NCBI GenBank assembly: GCA_014905635.1
Contig: JABVCE010000018.1
Coordinates: 434,001-498,000, forward strand
Source of the DNA: Scenedesmus sp. PABB004
Taxonomy: Eukaryota
Direction of reading: 5' to 3'
Length of the DNA stretch: 64,000 nucleotides
Part shown: positions 33,811 through 48,615 of the stretch, piece after piece
Layout: every line of letters begins with the position of its first letter
How positions within the stretch are numbered: the stretch's first letter is position 1
Notes under the pieces: model-generated
The model's database searches: none
What the model saw: the letters and a program-made list of their open reading frames with translations, nothing else
Told to the model about the DNA's origin: nothing
Position numbers and translations under genes: made by a program

Positions 33811-35621
33811 TCACAGCTGCACGAGGCCGAGCCGGACCTGCTCCTTCACGAACAGCACCTGCTGCCGGAACTGCTCCGGCAGCGAGTTGATCTGCTCGTC
33901 GCTCAGCCCGTTGACCTGCGCGACCATCGCCCGCATCGCGGCGGGGTCCATCGCCGGCGCCGCGGGCGCCGGCGCTGCCTGCTGCTGCTCCGGCGGCGCC
34001 AGCGGCTGCAGCGTGAGCGTCTGCGGCGGCTGCGGCTGCATCATCACCGGCTGCGCGACCGGCTGCATCTGCAGCACGCCGCCCGGCTGCATCGGCACGC
34101 CCAGCGGCTGCTGCTGCGGCTGCGGCGGCGGCTGCTGCTGCGGCAGCAGCACCGCCTGCTGCTGCCCGGTCGTGGGGTCGACCATGACCACCTGCACGCC
34201 CGGCGGCGGCGCGGCGAGGCCCATGGGCCCGCCCGACGCCGGGCCTGCGCGGCGACGGCGGCGGCAGCGGGCGTGAGCGAGCGGAGCGCGGGCACGCGCC
34301 CCCAGCCGCCGCCGCCGCTGCCGCACCTGGCATCATGCCGCCCAGGCCGATGGGCCCCTCCTGGAAGTGACCCGGCGGCTGCTGGCCGTAGCTGGGCGGC
34401 CCGCTCACGCCCGGCGGCGGCTTGACCATGCCTGGGAGCAGCGGCGGCGCCGCAGGCACGCGGCGGTGGGGGTGAGCGGGCGTCCCGCGGCGGCGGGAGC
34501 TGCCCGCCCCCCTCGCTCGCAACTCGGTGTCGTGCGGCAGCCACTCGCTCGTGCGCTCGCGCGCTGCTGCTGCCCCTGGCGCTGGCTCGGCCGCGCGCGC
34601 GGTGCTCGCAGGTCGGGGCGCGGCCGCCGCCGCGCGCTCGCGCTCGTTGCACGCCTGCACGCCAGAGGGCGCGCCACCGTCGCGGCGCCGCGACTCACCC
34701 AGCAGCACCTGCGCCTGAAACACCGCCTTTGCGAGCCCCGGGCGCGCCGCAAAGTAGGCCTTGGCCGCCTCGCGGTCGCCGCCAAGGAACTCCTTGAGCA
34801 GCCGCAGCACCTCCCACAGCTCCGGCCGCGACTGGCTCGCGAGCAGCTCATTCAGCTGGTCCTGCGCGCGCCGGTCGCTGCTCGGCGGGCCGCCGAGCAT
34901 CGCCGCGACCGTGCCCGCGCTCTGCGCCGCCGCGGCGTAGCCAATCATGCGCGGCGCCGGCGGCGGCGGCCCGGCACCGGGCGGCGCCGCGCCGCGCGGC
35001 TCGTCTGCGGGCGGCGGCGCGGCGCGCGGACGGTCGGCGCCCACGTGGGGCGGCGTCGGCCGCGCCTGGCGCCAGGCGCCGCGGTCCCGCCGCCGCCGCC
35101 GCAGTCGTGCCGCCGCCGCCGCTGCCCGTGCGCCTGCCGCTGCCCCCGCGCCGCGCGCCGCACCGCGCGGCTCGCGCCGGGCGCCGAGCGCCTCCTCGGC
35201 AAAGTCGATGCGAATCTGGCGGCCCATGAAGTCCTGGCCGTTGATGTTGCGGTGCGCGCTCTCCGCGGTCGCCTTGTCAAAGTACTCGCAGAAGGCAAAG
35301 CCCTTTGGCCGCCCCGTCTCGCGGTCCACGATGAGCCTGCGCGGCGGCGAGGGGCGACCGGGTCGGAGGCGGCCCCGGCCGGCTGCGGCGCCGCCGGCGC
35401 GGCAGCAGCGGCGGCGGCCGCGCGCACCGCAGGCTCTTGATGGGCCCCACGGTGCCCATGAAGGCCGTGAGGTCGGCCTCCGTGACCTCAAACGGCAGGT
35501 TGCCCACTGCGGGAACGGCGGGCGCGCGGGGGTGGGCGGGCGCCCGGGGTGCCCGCTGCTGCTGCGTGATGATCGAGCGCCGCCCACCGAACAGCGTGGC
35601 CGTCGGCGGCCGGCCCGCCAT
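33811..35621 (-). CDS. CSTF64: Cleavage stimulation factor 64 kDa subunit
   Basis: RRM (LFVGNLPFE...DRETGRPKGFAFCEY), hinge (AKAVFQAQVLLG), C-terminal LSDEQINSLPEQFRQQVLFVKEQ. Confidence 0.9.
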
Positions 35622-36040
35622 GGCGCTCCGTTCTCTGTGACTTCGTGGCGCGGCCCTGGCCGGGCCGCGGGCTCGTGCGCGCGCGGGAGCGGGCGCTGGG
35701 CTCGGGCGTGCGCGGGGCGAGGCGCGGAGGGGAGTCGGGGTCACGCGGGGTGGTCACCCGGGATCACGGCGAGCGCGGACGAGCGGCGGCGACGCGGCGC
35801 CCGCGCCGCACGGGGCGTCGAGCGTTGCGACAGCTGCGCCCTGCGCCGCCGCTGCCGAGGGCGCCGGCGACCCCCGCACGCCCCTCCCACTGCTGCCGGT
35901 GCATACGCACCACCACGCCAGGCCAGGCCGTGCCCGCGGCGCCGCACGCCGCCGCGCGAGCGCCGCCGCTGCTGCCGCGCGCGCGCCCGCGTGTGACGTG
36001 CGAGAGCGCCGTCGGCAGCGCGCGCCATCGGCAGACGCCG

Positions 36041-39000
36041 ATGGCCGACGCCCCCGAGCAGGCGGGCGAGGGCGGGACGATGCAGGACTGGCCGCTGCTG
36101 GTCACGCACGCGCTCGAATACGCGAGCAAGTGGCACAAGGTGCGCTGCTCCAGGAGCAGGCCCCGGCGCGGGCGGCGCAGCGGCAGCGGCGGCGGGCAGC
36201 GGGCGCGGGCGCGGCGCAGCGGCGGCGGGCCCGGCAGCGCGAGAGGGCTCGCCCCGCCCCTCGCCGCCGCAGGACCAGCAAGTCATCTGCCGCACCGTGG
36301 AGGGCCCGATCAGCGTGACCACGTACGCCGACCTCGGCGCGCGCGCCAAGCTCTGCGCGCTCGCGCTGTCTGGCCTGGGCGTCACCCGGGGCAGCGTGGT
36401 CGCCACGCTCGCGTGGAACACCACCCGCCACCTGGAGTCCTGGTACGGCATCATGGGCATCGGCGGTGAGTCAACCCTCCAATTGCTTTTGTTTGAACCA
36501 CAGCTGACCCTCAATCGAGACGCGGCGGCCGCGGTGGCCGCAGCGGCTGAGCAACACGCGCGCCGCGCGCAGGCGTGTGCCACACGCTCAACCCGCGCCT
36601 CGCCGACGCCGACCTGGCGTACATCGCCGACCACGGCGAGGATGATCTCATCCTGGTGGACCACACCCTGCTGCCCACGGTGGCGCGCATCGCGGCGCAC
36701 CTGCCGCGCCTGCGCGGCGTCGTGGTGCTGACCGACAGGCGCGGCACGGCGCGGAGCTGCGCCGCGCCGCGCCGCCCGCCGCGCCGCCCGCCGCCCGCTC
36801 TTCGCTGCCCCGCCGACCCGCTGCTGCGTTCCCACCCGCCGGCCCGTGCCGACGCGTGCCGCCCCCCGCCGCCAGGCAGCACATGCCGGCGCGTGACGCG
36901 GCCGCGGCGCTGGGCGTGCCGGTGCACTGCTACGAGCAGCTGCTGGACGGCGCGGCGCGAGCGGCGCGGCGCGGCGCTTTGCCTGGCCGCGCCTGCCCGA
37001 GGACGCGCCCGCCGGGCTGTGCTACACGAGGTGCCGCGCGCGCGCGCGACGGCGGCGGCGGCGCGCCCGGCGCCCGCGCGCCCGCTCACGCCCCGCTCGC
37101 GCGCCCGCTCTGCCCTCCCCGCCCCCCAGCGGCACAACCGGGCGGCCCAAGGTGGCGCGCGCACGCGCGGTGGCGGCGGCGGCGCTCGCGCCTGCTCGCG
37201 CCCGTGCTCACGCCCCGCTCGCGTCCACGCTGCCTCCTCCTCCGCCACCCCTGAGGGCAGGGCGTGCGCTACACCCACCGCAGCAACATGCTTCACGCCC
37301 TCATCACCGCGGCGCCCGACGCGCTCTGCCTCGGCGCCGACAGCACCATCTTGGTGGTGGTCCCCCTCTTTCACGGTGGGAGCCGCGCGCCGCGCGCCGC
37401 CGGGCTCTTTTTGTTTGGGGGCGTCAGGGAGTCGCGGGCCTGAGCCCCGTCGGGCCGCCGCCGCCGCCGGACACGCGCGCCGCCGGCGCGCAGCCAACTC
37501 GTGGGGCCTCGCCTTCAGCGCGCCCGCGGTCGGCGCGCGGCTGGTGCTGCCGGGGCCCGCGCTGGACGGCGAGAGCATCTGGGGACTGATGGACACCTAC
37601 AAGGTGCGCGGGGCCCGCGTGAAGACAAATACACATGAAACTGCGACCTGAACTGTGACACGGCCTGTGGCGCTGACCGTTGACCTGGCGCCCCGGCGCA
37701 GCGCGCCGCGGGGCGCGCGCGCGCGGCGCGCGCCCACGCCCGGCCGCCGCGCCCCGCGCGCCGCGCCGCGCCGCGCGGCGCCAGGTCACGACGAGCGCGG
37801 GCGTGCCGACGGTGTGGCTGCAGCTGCTGCAGCACGTCGAGAAGCACGGCCTCGCGCTGCCGCACCTCAAGCGCGTGTGCATCGCCGGCTCCGCGCCGCC
37901 GCGGAGCATGATCGCGGCGCTCGAGCGGTGCGCGGGGGCGCGGGGGGCGACGGCCGCGCCGCGCCGCGCCGCGCCGCGCCGCGCCGACGCGCGCCGACCG
38001 CCGCGGGGGGCGCGCGCCGCGCCGCGCAGGCATGGCGTGGACGTGCGGCACCTCTGGGGGATGAGCGAACTCTCGCCGCTGGGCAGGTGCGGCCGCACCG
38101 CGCGCCGGCCGGCCCGTGCCGCGCGCCCACGCCGCGCGGGCGCGCGGGCGCACCGCGCGCGCGCCCGCCCCACGCCGCCGGGCGCCGCGCCGCAGCCTCG
38201 GCACGCTGACCATGGCCCAGGTGGGCGACGGGCTCACACAGGACGAAGTGCTGACCATCAAGGTGGGCGCCGCACCACCAGGGCCACGCGCGCCGCGCCG
38301 CGCTGCGCCGTGCCGCGCCCGGCGGCCGCACACGCGCGCGCCCCCGCCGCCGCGCTCGCAGGAGGGCCAGGGCCGGCCGCACCTCTTTTGCGGTGGGCGC
38401 GCTGGCGCCGTTGCCGGCGCGGCGCCCGAGCTCGGCGCGCTGCGCTCCGCCCGCGCGCGCGGCCGCCGCCCCGCCTGCCGGCGCAGCCGCCAGCGAGCGC
38501 GCCCGCCGCCCGCCGCCCCGCCCTCAACCTCCCCCTCCCCCGGCTGCCCATGCCTGGCGCCAGACATGCGCATCGTGGATGACAGCGGCCGCGAGCTGCC
38601 CCAGGACGGCGCGGCCGTGGGCCACCTGCAGGCGCGGCGGCGGCGCGGCGGCGCGGCGCGCCGCCCGAGGGCGGCCGGCCGAGGCGGCAGGCCGGCCGCC
38701 GCCGCGCCGCGGCGGCCGCCGCGCGCGCGTGCCTGGGCGGCGCGGACGCGCGCGAGCGCTCTGCGCCCTGCCCTGCCCCGCCCCGCACCACACACCGCGG
38801 TCAGGTGCGTGGGCCGATCGTGGTGCAGCGCTACCACCGCCACGCGTCGCCCGCGGTCGACGGCGACGCCTGGTTCCACACCGGCGACGTCGCGAGCATC
38901 GACGGCCACGGCCTCATGCGCATCGCCGACCGGTGCGCCCTGGGAGGAGGGTTTAACCAGGGGCGAAGCGACAGCGAGCCACGGCCCCTCCCTGCTGGCA

Positions 39001-40295
39001 GGGTGGGCGCACGTGCGACACCCAGACGCGCGGGCGCCGCCGCCGCGCGAGCGATCGCCCACGCGCCCCGTGCGCCGCGCGCCGCTCCGCCCGCCGCGCG
39101 CCCGGCAGGTCCAAGGACGTCATCAAGAGGTGCGGCCGCGCGCCGGGCGCCGGGCGCGCGCGGGCGGGCGCTCCGCGCCGCGGCCGTGCGGCTGCTGGCT
39201 GCAGAGCGCGCGCGCGCGCGCGCACTGCCGCGCCGACGCGCGCGCGCCGCCGCACCTGCCCATGCGTGCGCGCGGGCGCCCAGCGGCGGGGAGTGGATCA
39301 GCAGCATCAGCCTCGAGAACGCGGCCATGGGCCACGCCAAGGCGCGGCCACGCGGCGGCGCGGCGCGGCGCGGCACAAAGGCCAGGGCGGCCGGCTGAGG
39401 GGGCGCTGCAGCGGGGCGCGCGCCCGGCCCGAGCCGCCGCACGCGGCCGCTGCGCGCAGGTGCTGGAGGCGGCGGTCGTCGGCATCCCCGACCCCAAGTG
39501 GGGCGAGCGGCCGCTGCTGGTCGTCGTGCCGCGCGCCGGCGTCGCGGGTGGGCGCCGCCGCCCGTGCGGCGCCGCGCCGCGCCGCGCACGCCGCCGCGCC
39601 GAGCCACGCCCGCCCCGCCGCCGCGCCGCGCGGCGCCAGGCGACGACGCGCTGCGCGCGGAGCTTCTGGCATACGTGGTGAGGCTCGCGGCAGGGCCCGC
39701 GCGGTGCTGCGACGCCGCCGCGCCGCGCCGCCGCGCCGACGCCGCCAACGTCAACACCGCCGCCGCGCCGCCGCGCCGCCGCGCCCTATCGCCAGGCGGC
39801 CCAGCCCGGCGTCGCGCGCTACGCGGTGCCGGACGACGTGCAGTTTGTGGACGAGATCCCTCACAACAGGCGCGGCCGGCGGCGGCGGCGGCCACGGCGG
39901 CGGCTGCGGGGGCCGCGGCCGCGGCGGTCGCGCTGGCGCCGGCCCACGCCCACGCCCACGCCCACGCCCACGCCCACGCCCACGCCCACGCCCACGCCCA
40001 CGCCCACGCCCACGCCCACGCCCACGCCCACGCCCACGCCCACGCCCACGCCCACGCCCACGCCCACGCCCACGCCCACGCCCACGCCCACGCCCACGCC
40101 CACGCCCACGCCCACGCCCACGCCCACGCCCACGCCCACGCCCACGCCCACGCCCACGCCCGCCCGCCGCGGCGCGCCGCCGCCGGCGCCGACGCTCGCC
40201 GGCCCCGCCCGCCTCACAGCACGGGCAAGGTGAGTAAGCTCACGCTGCGCGCGATGTTCAAGGACTATGTGCCCCGCACGCGCGCGCGCCTGTGA
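36041..40295 (+). CDS. Acyl-CoA synthetase / acyl-activating enzyme with PTS1 (peroxisomal), about 16 introns
   Basis: [20 protein letters not shown]-loop, [36 protein letters not shown]; ends RARL*. Confidence 0.9.
39943..40158 (+). repeat. Perfect (CCCACG)36 hexanucleotide microsatellite in the last intron of the acyl-CoA synthetase
   Basis: Direct reading: 216 bp of uninterrupted CCCACG. Confidence 0.97.
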
Positions 40296-40956
40296 GGCGG
40301 GCGGGGCCGGCGAGCGTCGGCGGCGGCGGTGGTGTGGGCGCAGGCCGCAAGCCCGGGCGGGGGCGCGGGGGGTGTTGTGGTTCCGCGCAGGGAGCGCGAG
40401 TGGGGGTGGTCGGTTGCTCACAAACAGCTCAGAGCTGGAGTCCATCGCACCTCGCACACGGCCTCGTCAAGCACTGCACCACCCGCCACACGCACGAGCT
40501 GGGCTGCACTGCACGGCGGCGACGAGGTCGGGCTGGCGCAGGCCGCTGGCCGCGGCTGGGTCGGCCGCGGCAGCGGGGGGGGGGCGCCGCCGCCTGGCGG
40601 TCGACCAGGCGGGACGCAGGGCACAGCGAGCAGAACCCCGCGCCGCCTCTGGCGCTAATGCCCGCCGCCGCCGGGCCCACCACGGGAGAGCAGCCCTCCA
40701 CGGCTCTCGTGACTCTCGTGACACTCGCACCGCGCGCCGGCAGCCGCAAGCGCCGACCGCAGGCCCGCGCCGCTCGCGTCGCTCCGCGTCCGCCGCCCCG
40801 CGTCCGCGCCGCGTGCTGCCAGGCTGCGAGCTCGCACCGAGCCAGGCATATCGCGGAGGCCCCAGCAGAGAGCGGCTGCGGGCCCCGGAGCGCGCCGCGC
40901 GCGCCGGCGGCGCAGCAGCGGCAGCTGCTGCTCGCCGCGCCGCGCCGGCGCCGGCG

Positions 40957-41092
40957 ATGCCCGTCGCCTGGCGGACGACCGACCTGGTGGGACCCGCAGG
41001 TGCGGCGGGGACGCGGACGCGGGGGCAGCAGCCCCTGCGCGCTGGCTCGCGCGCGGCAGCGCGGCCAGACGACGGACGCGCCGCTGCTGCGC

Positions 41093-41123
<31 letters not shown>

Positions 41124-41765
41124 AGCGCTGACGGGCTACATCGGAGTGATACTGGGCAGCGGCTTCGCGCTGGGGTGAGGGCAGGCCCGCCTCCCGACCG
41201 CCGCCGCCGCGTGCCCCGCAGCGCCGACGACCGCCCCACCCGCCCGCGCGCGGCGCCGCGCAGCGTCAAGGGCCTGCCGCCCTGGTACCAGGCGCTGGTG
41301 GGGCTCGCCGGCGCGCTGGCGCTGGCGGGGCTGTGGCTGACGTTTGCGGCGGACCCGGGCAGCCTCGCGCCGCGCGCGACGCCGGGTGCGCGCGGCGCGG
41401 CGCCGGCGCCGAGGCGGCGGCGGCGGCGCTGGCGGCGCTGGCGGCGCTGGCGGCGCCCGCGCCGGCGGCTGGGGGCCGCGCGAGCCCGCCCGAGCCCCCC
41501 CCCCCCCCCCCCCCCCCCGGCGCAGATGCGATCGCGGAGCAGCTGGACGCGGGGCTGGCGGTGCCGGACGCGCACCTGTACTCGCGCGACGCGCGCGGCG
41601 CGTGGGTCAGGCTGGGCCCGAGCGGCGCGTCCAAGCACTGCGCGACCTGCCACATCTGGCGCCCGCCGCGCTCGCACCACTGCTCCGCGTGCGGCGCGTG
41701 CATGGTGCGGCGCGCGCGGCAGGCTGCCGCGGCCGGCAGCGCGCCGCGGCGGCTGGGCCGCCGCT

Positions 41766-41796
<31 letters not shown>

Positions 41797-42682
41797 TGAC
41801 GCCGCGCCCGCGCCCGCGTCCGCGCGCCCCCGCGCTCCCGCCGCCCGCAGCTGCACTACGACCACCACTGGTGAGCGGGGCGCGGGCCGGCGGGGGCTGC
41901 GCGCGGGGGCTGCGAGCGGCGCCGGCTGCGCCAGCGGCGCGGCAGCTCGGACGCCGCCCCGCCCCGCGCCCGCCCGCGCCGACCATCGCCTTGAGCAGCG
42001 GCGTTGTGGGCAACTGCATCGCGGGCGGCACGCACCGCTTCTTCGTTGCGTTCCTCGTCTCCGCCCAGGCCGGCTGCCTGCTGCTGCTCGGGGGCGCGGT
42101 CTGGCGCCTGCGTCGGCGCGGCCTGCCCAGGTGCGGCGGCGGCCGCGCGCGGCCCCGCGGGCCCCCGCGGCCCGCCGCGCGCGGCACGGGGCAAGGTGGC
42201 GCCGCGCGCCGCGGCCCGCGCGCGCCGCCAGGCCGGGTGAGGGCTGGATGGGCGCGGAGAGCCTGCTGCTCATCTTCCTCGCCGTGGTCTACGGCTACCA
42301 CGCGACGGTGCTGCTCTTCGGGTCGAGCCACTGCCTGGCCCTCGCGCTGGGTGCGTGCGCCGCGCGCCGCATGCGCTGCGCCGCGCGCCGCCAGCGTCCC
42401 GCGCGCCCGCCAGCCGGCCAGCCCCGCCCCGCCCCGCGCCGGCCGCCGCCCGCCGGGCCCGCAGACGTGACGACCAGGGACCTGCTCACCGACCGGCGCG
42501 CGCTCTGCCGCGACCCGCCCTGCTGCCCCGGCGCGCGCAGCCCCGCCGCGCTCGCGCGCGCGTGGCGGCAGCTGTGCTGCGGCCCGGTCGCGTGGCGCGC
42601 GCGCGCGCCGGCGGCCTGGCGGCCGCTGCCCGCCGCCGCCGAGGACGGCGGCGGTGGGCCGCCGCGGCCGGCGGCGGTGTAA
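40957..42682 (+). CDS. DHHC protein S-acyltransferase (palmitoyltransferase)
   Basis: ADPG after TM2; CATCHIWRPPRSHHCSACGACM|LHYDHHC|GVVGNCI..THRFF; VTTRD motif. Confidence 0.88.
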
Positions 42683-45353
<2,671 letters not shown>

Positions 45354-46379
45354 GCGCGCGCCGCCGACCCCCGGGCGGCGCGCCGCCGGGCCCGCCGCCG
45401 CCGCCGCTGCGCCCAGCGGCGGCGGGCCCCGCGCCGCCGCCGCCTCGGCAGCGCCCCGCCGCTGCCGCCGTCGCTGCTGCTGCTGTCTCGCGCGGCGCCG
45501 CCGCCGCCGCCCCGCTCGGGCGGCGGCGCGCCGCCGCGCGCGGTTTCCCTTCTTGACTGCGTCGCCGTCTGCGTTGTCGCGCGCGCGCTGCTGCTACATA
45601 TGTGCATCGTCATGGGCGGCGCCCGCGCGCGCCGCCCGCACCGTGTGTGTCTGTGTGCCTGCACGCGCGCGCTGGCCGTGGCTGCCGCGCCTGACTGGCC
45701 GCGCACGGGGCGCGCGCGCGCGCCGCAAGGCCCGCGCGCCGCCCCGTCTGACCCTTGCGCCCGCACGCGTGCTTGTGCGCGCGCGGCCCCAGCGGCACGG
45801 CGTGCTGCCGCCGCTGCGGCGCAAGCACTTGACCATTGACCTCGGCTCCCCCGGCGGGTGTGGCTGGGCTGCGTGTGGGCGGACAGATGGACGGCGGCGC
45901 GCGCGGTGCCACAGCCCTCGCTCGCTCGCGCGCGCGCGCCGGTGCCCCTCGCGCTTGTTTGGCGGCGGCGCGGCGGCCAGCGTGTGACGTACGCTGCCCT
46001 GGCCCCTGGCCGGTGTATAGTTGCAGAAGCGGAGCGGCACGCGGCGCCGCCGCGCCCGCGCGCCCGGCGGCGGCGCGCGGGCGGGCCCGGTGCGCACAGG
46101 TGGAGGGCGCCGCGCGCGCTCCCGCGCGCGCGCGCCCAAACATAATGCCCCGGGCTGCCGCCCGCGCCCCCGCCGCGGCCGCGGGCTGCGGCCGGTGGGC
46201 GCCCGTGCCTGGTCCCTGTCGCATGCGGCCCACGCGGACCCCACTCGTGTAAATCTACGCGCATACAACGACGCGAGTCGGCAGCGCCGGGCCCCGCTCG
46301 CGCGCAGTCTGCTCGGTTACCCTCGGCGGCGGAAGCAGCGCGCAGCCCAGCCAGCCCTCCCTGCCGCGCGCGCGCGTCC

Positions 46380-47487
46380 TTAGTCGACGTGCAGGATGAG
46401 CACCGGCTGCTTGCAGTGGTGCGCGCAATAGTTGGTGACCGACCCGACAAAGAACTCCCTGACGGCGGCGGCGCGTGCGGGCGAGTGAGCGCGGCGCGGC
46501 GCGCTGGGGGCGGGCGGTGCGGCGCCAACCGTTCAGGCAGCGGCGGGCGCCGCGGCCTGGCGTGCGCGCACTTGATGGCGCCGCGCGAGTGCTTGGCCAT
46601 GACGACCGCGACCGCGCCGACCTGCTCCGCGCGGCGGCAGACGAGTGCGCCGATGCTGTCGTTGTCGACGCAGCCTGCGCGGCGCGGCGGCCCGGGCGCT
46701 CCTGGTCGGGCCCTGGTGATGGCGCTGCAGCGCCACCCACCAGCTGCAGCTGGCGCGTGAGCGGCGTGCAGCTGGCGCGCACGTGGTCACCGGCGCGCTG
46801 CTGCTCGCGCGCGCACTCACCGCGCACAATGTCGACCTGGAACGGCACCTTGAGCGACTCCAGCCGCCTCTCAAAGCGCTCGCGGATAAAGTCCTGCGCG
46901 TGCTGCTCCTGCGGGCGGGCGGGCGCGAGCGGCGCGCCGCCGGCGCCGCAGCCGGCGGCGGCGGCGGTGGGCCGGGGCGCCGCGCGCGCGGCGGGGGGGG
47001 GCGCTCCGCGCGCGGCCGCGCGCCGCGTGGCACGGCGCGCGCGCGCCCGCGGCGGCACGCACCACCTTGCGCTTGGTCTCCTCGTCGTCCTCGATCACGC
47101 CCTCCAGGCCCTGCGCGGCGCGGCAGCAGCTCGGCGAGCGCGGGGCGCGGCGGCAGCAAGCCGCCCCGCCAGGCGCCCGCTCGCGCGCGGCGCGCCGCGG
47201 CGCGGCGCACCATGTCGGGCGTCACGACCAGGCGCCGGCTGGGGGCGATGATGTGCAGGATGTGGATGACGTCGCCTGGGCGTCCCGGCGGGGGCGGCGC
47301 GTGGGAGACGCGGCGGCGGCGTGCGGCTCGCAGCAGCGGCGAGCTGGCAGCGGCAGCGCGCGTGCCGGGGGTCCCGCCGTCCCGCCTGCAGCGCACCGCT
47401 GCGGTAGAGCTCGGAGACGGCGTACTCCAGCACCTTGTCACTGGCGGGCGACTCCTCTACAGTCAGGAGGATGGCCCGGCCCCCCAT
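46380..47487 (-). CDS. Universal stress protein A-like
   Basis: RAILLTVEES...GDVIHILHI...AVVMAKHSRGAIKEFFVGSVTNYCAHHCKQPVLILH. Confidence 0.9.
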
Positions 47488-48615
47488 CGCGCGCGCGCGT
47501 GCTGCTGGCTTCCGGCGGAGCTGCGCTTCAGACCTCCGGCGGATCACGACGCGTGGGGCGGTGCGGCGGACGGCGCTGGGCGGTCCGGGCGCTGCGGGCG
47601 TGGCGGAGGGCGGTGTCGGAACGCCGAACTGGCGGAGTCGCGCGGTGCGTTGCGGGAGACTGTTGAGGAGAGCTCGCGGGCAGCTTGGGCAGCTGCGCGG
47701 GCGGCGGCGGCGGCGTTGCGGGCGGGGCCGCTGCCGCGACGCAACGCTGTCTGTTGCAGGCCCCGCGCGCCCCTGGCACACACTCCCATGGTCAGCACAC
47801 TCCCCACGCACGCACGCTCCCGCGGCGCAAGCAAACGCAGACAGAGTCGGCCGCGCGCCCGCGCGCCCGCGCCGCGTCGGCCGGGGGCGCGCGCGCGCCT
47901 GGCGGGAAGCCCTCTCGCTCTCCCTCCCTGCTGCTGGCCCCAGCTGCTGGCCCCAGCTCCTCCTCCTCCTCCTCCTCATCCTCACCACCACCAAAGCAGA
48001 CGACGACCACGACGATGACCACCATGACTGACCACCGGGATTTTTGACGACGAACGACAGACGACAGCGGCACCACACCACCACGTGGTGCCGCGCGGCA
48101 GTGCTGCAAAGGTCAAGTGCGCCCGGACAGGCAGACGCGCGCCGCGGTGCGCCTCTGGCCCCTCAACCCCTCCACGCGCACGCGCGCCGCGCGCCCGCCG
48201 GCCAGCAGCCGGCGGTGCACGTGCGCAGAGTCCCCTCCCCTCGGTGGCGGCGCGCGCGCTCGAGCGACGCGGGCGGCGGCGGCGTGCGCGCACATGGGAT
48301 GCGCAGCCCGCCGGCCGCCCCACCCTCACGCCCGCGCGCGCCCGCGCGGCGGCGGCGCGGCCGCCCGCGGCCGCGGCGTTGGCGGCGCGCGGGCGCGCCC
48401 CGCGCCTGCCGGCCGCCGCCCGGCAGTGCACGCCCCCCTCGCACGTCGCTACTCGCTAGCAGCCCCGCGCGCTCCCGCCGCGCGCTCGCAGCGCGCCGGC
48501 GGCCCGCGCCTCTCCCCCCTCTGCGCTCCCCGGGCCGGCGCTGGCTGCGCTGCGCTCCCCCCGCCCCGCCCCGCGCCGCCCCGCCCGTCCCCGCGCCGCC
48601 CCGCGCGCGCGCGCC

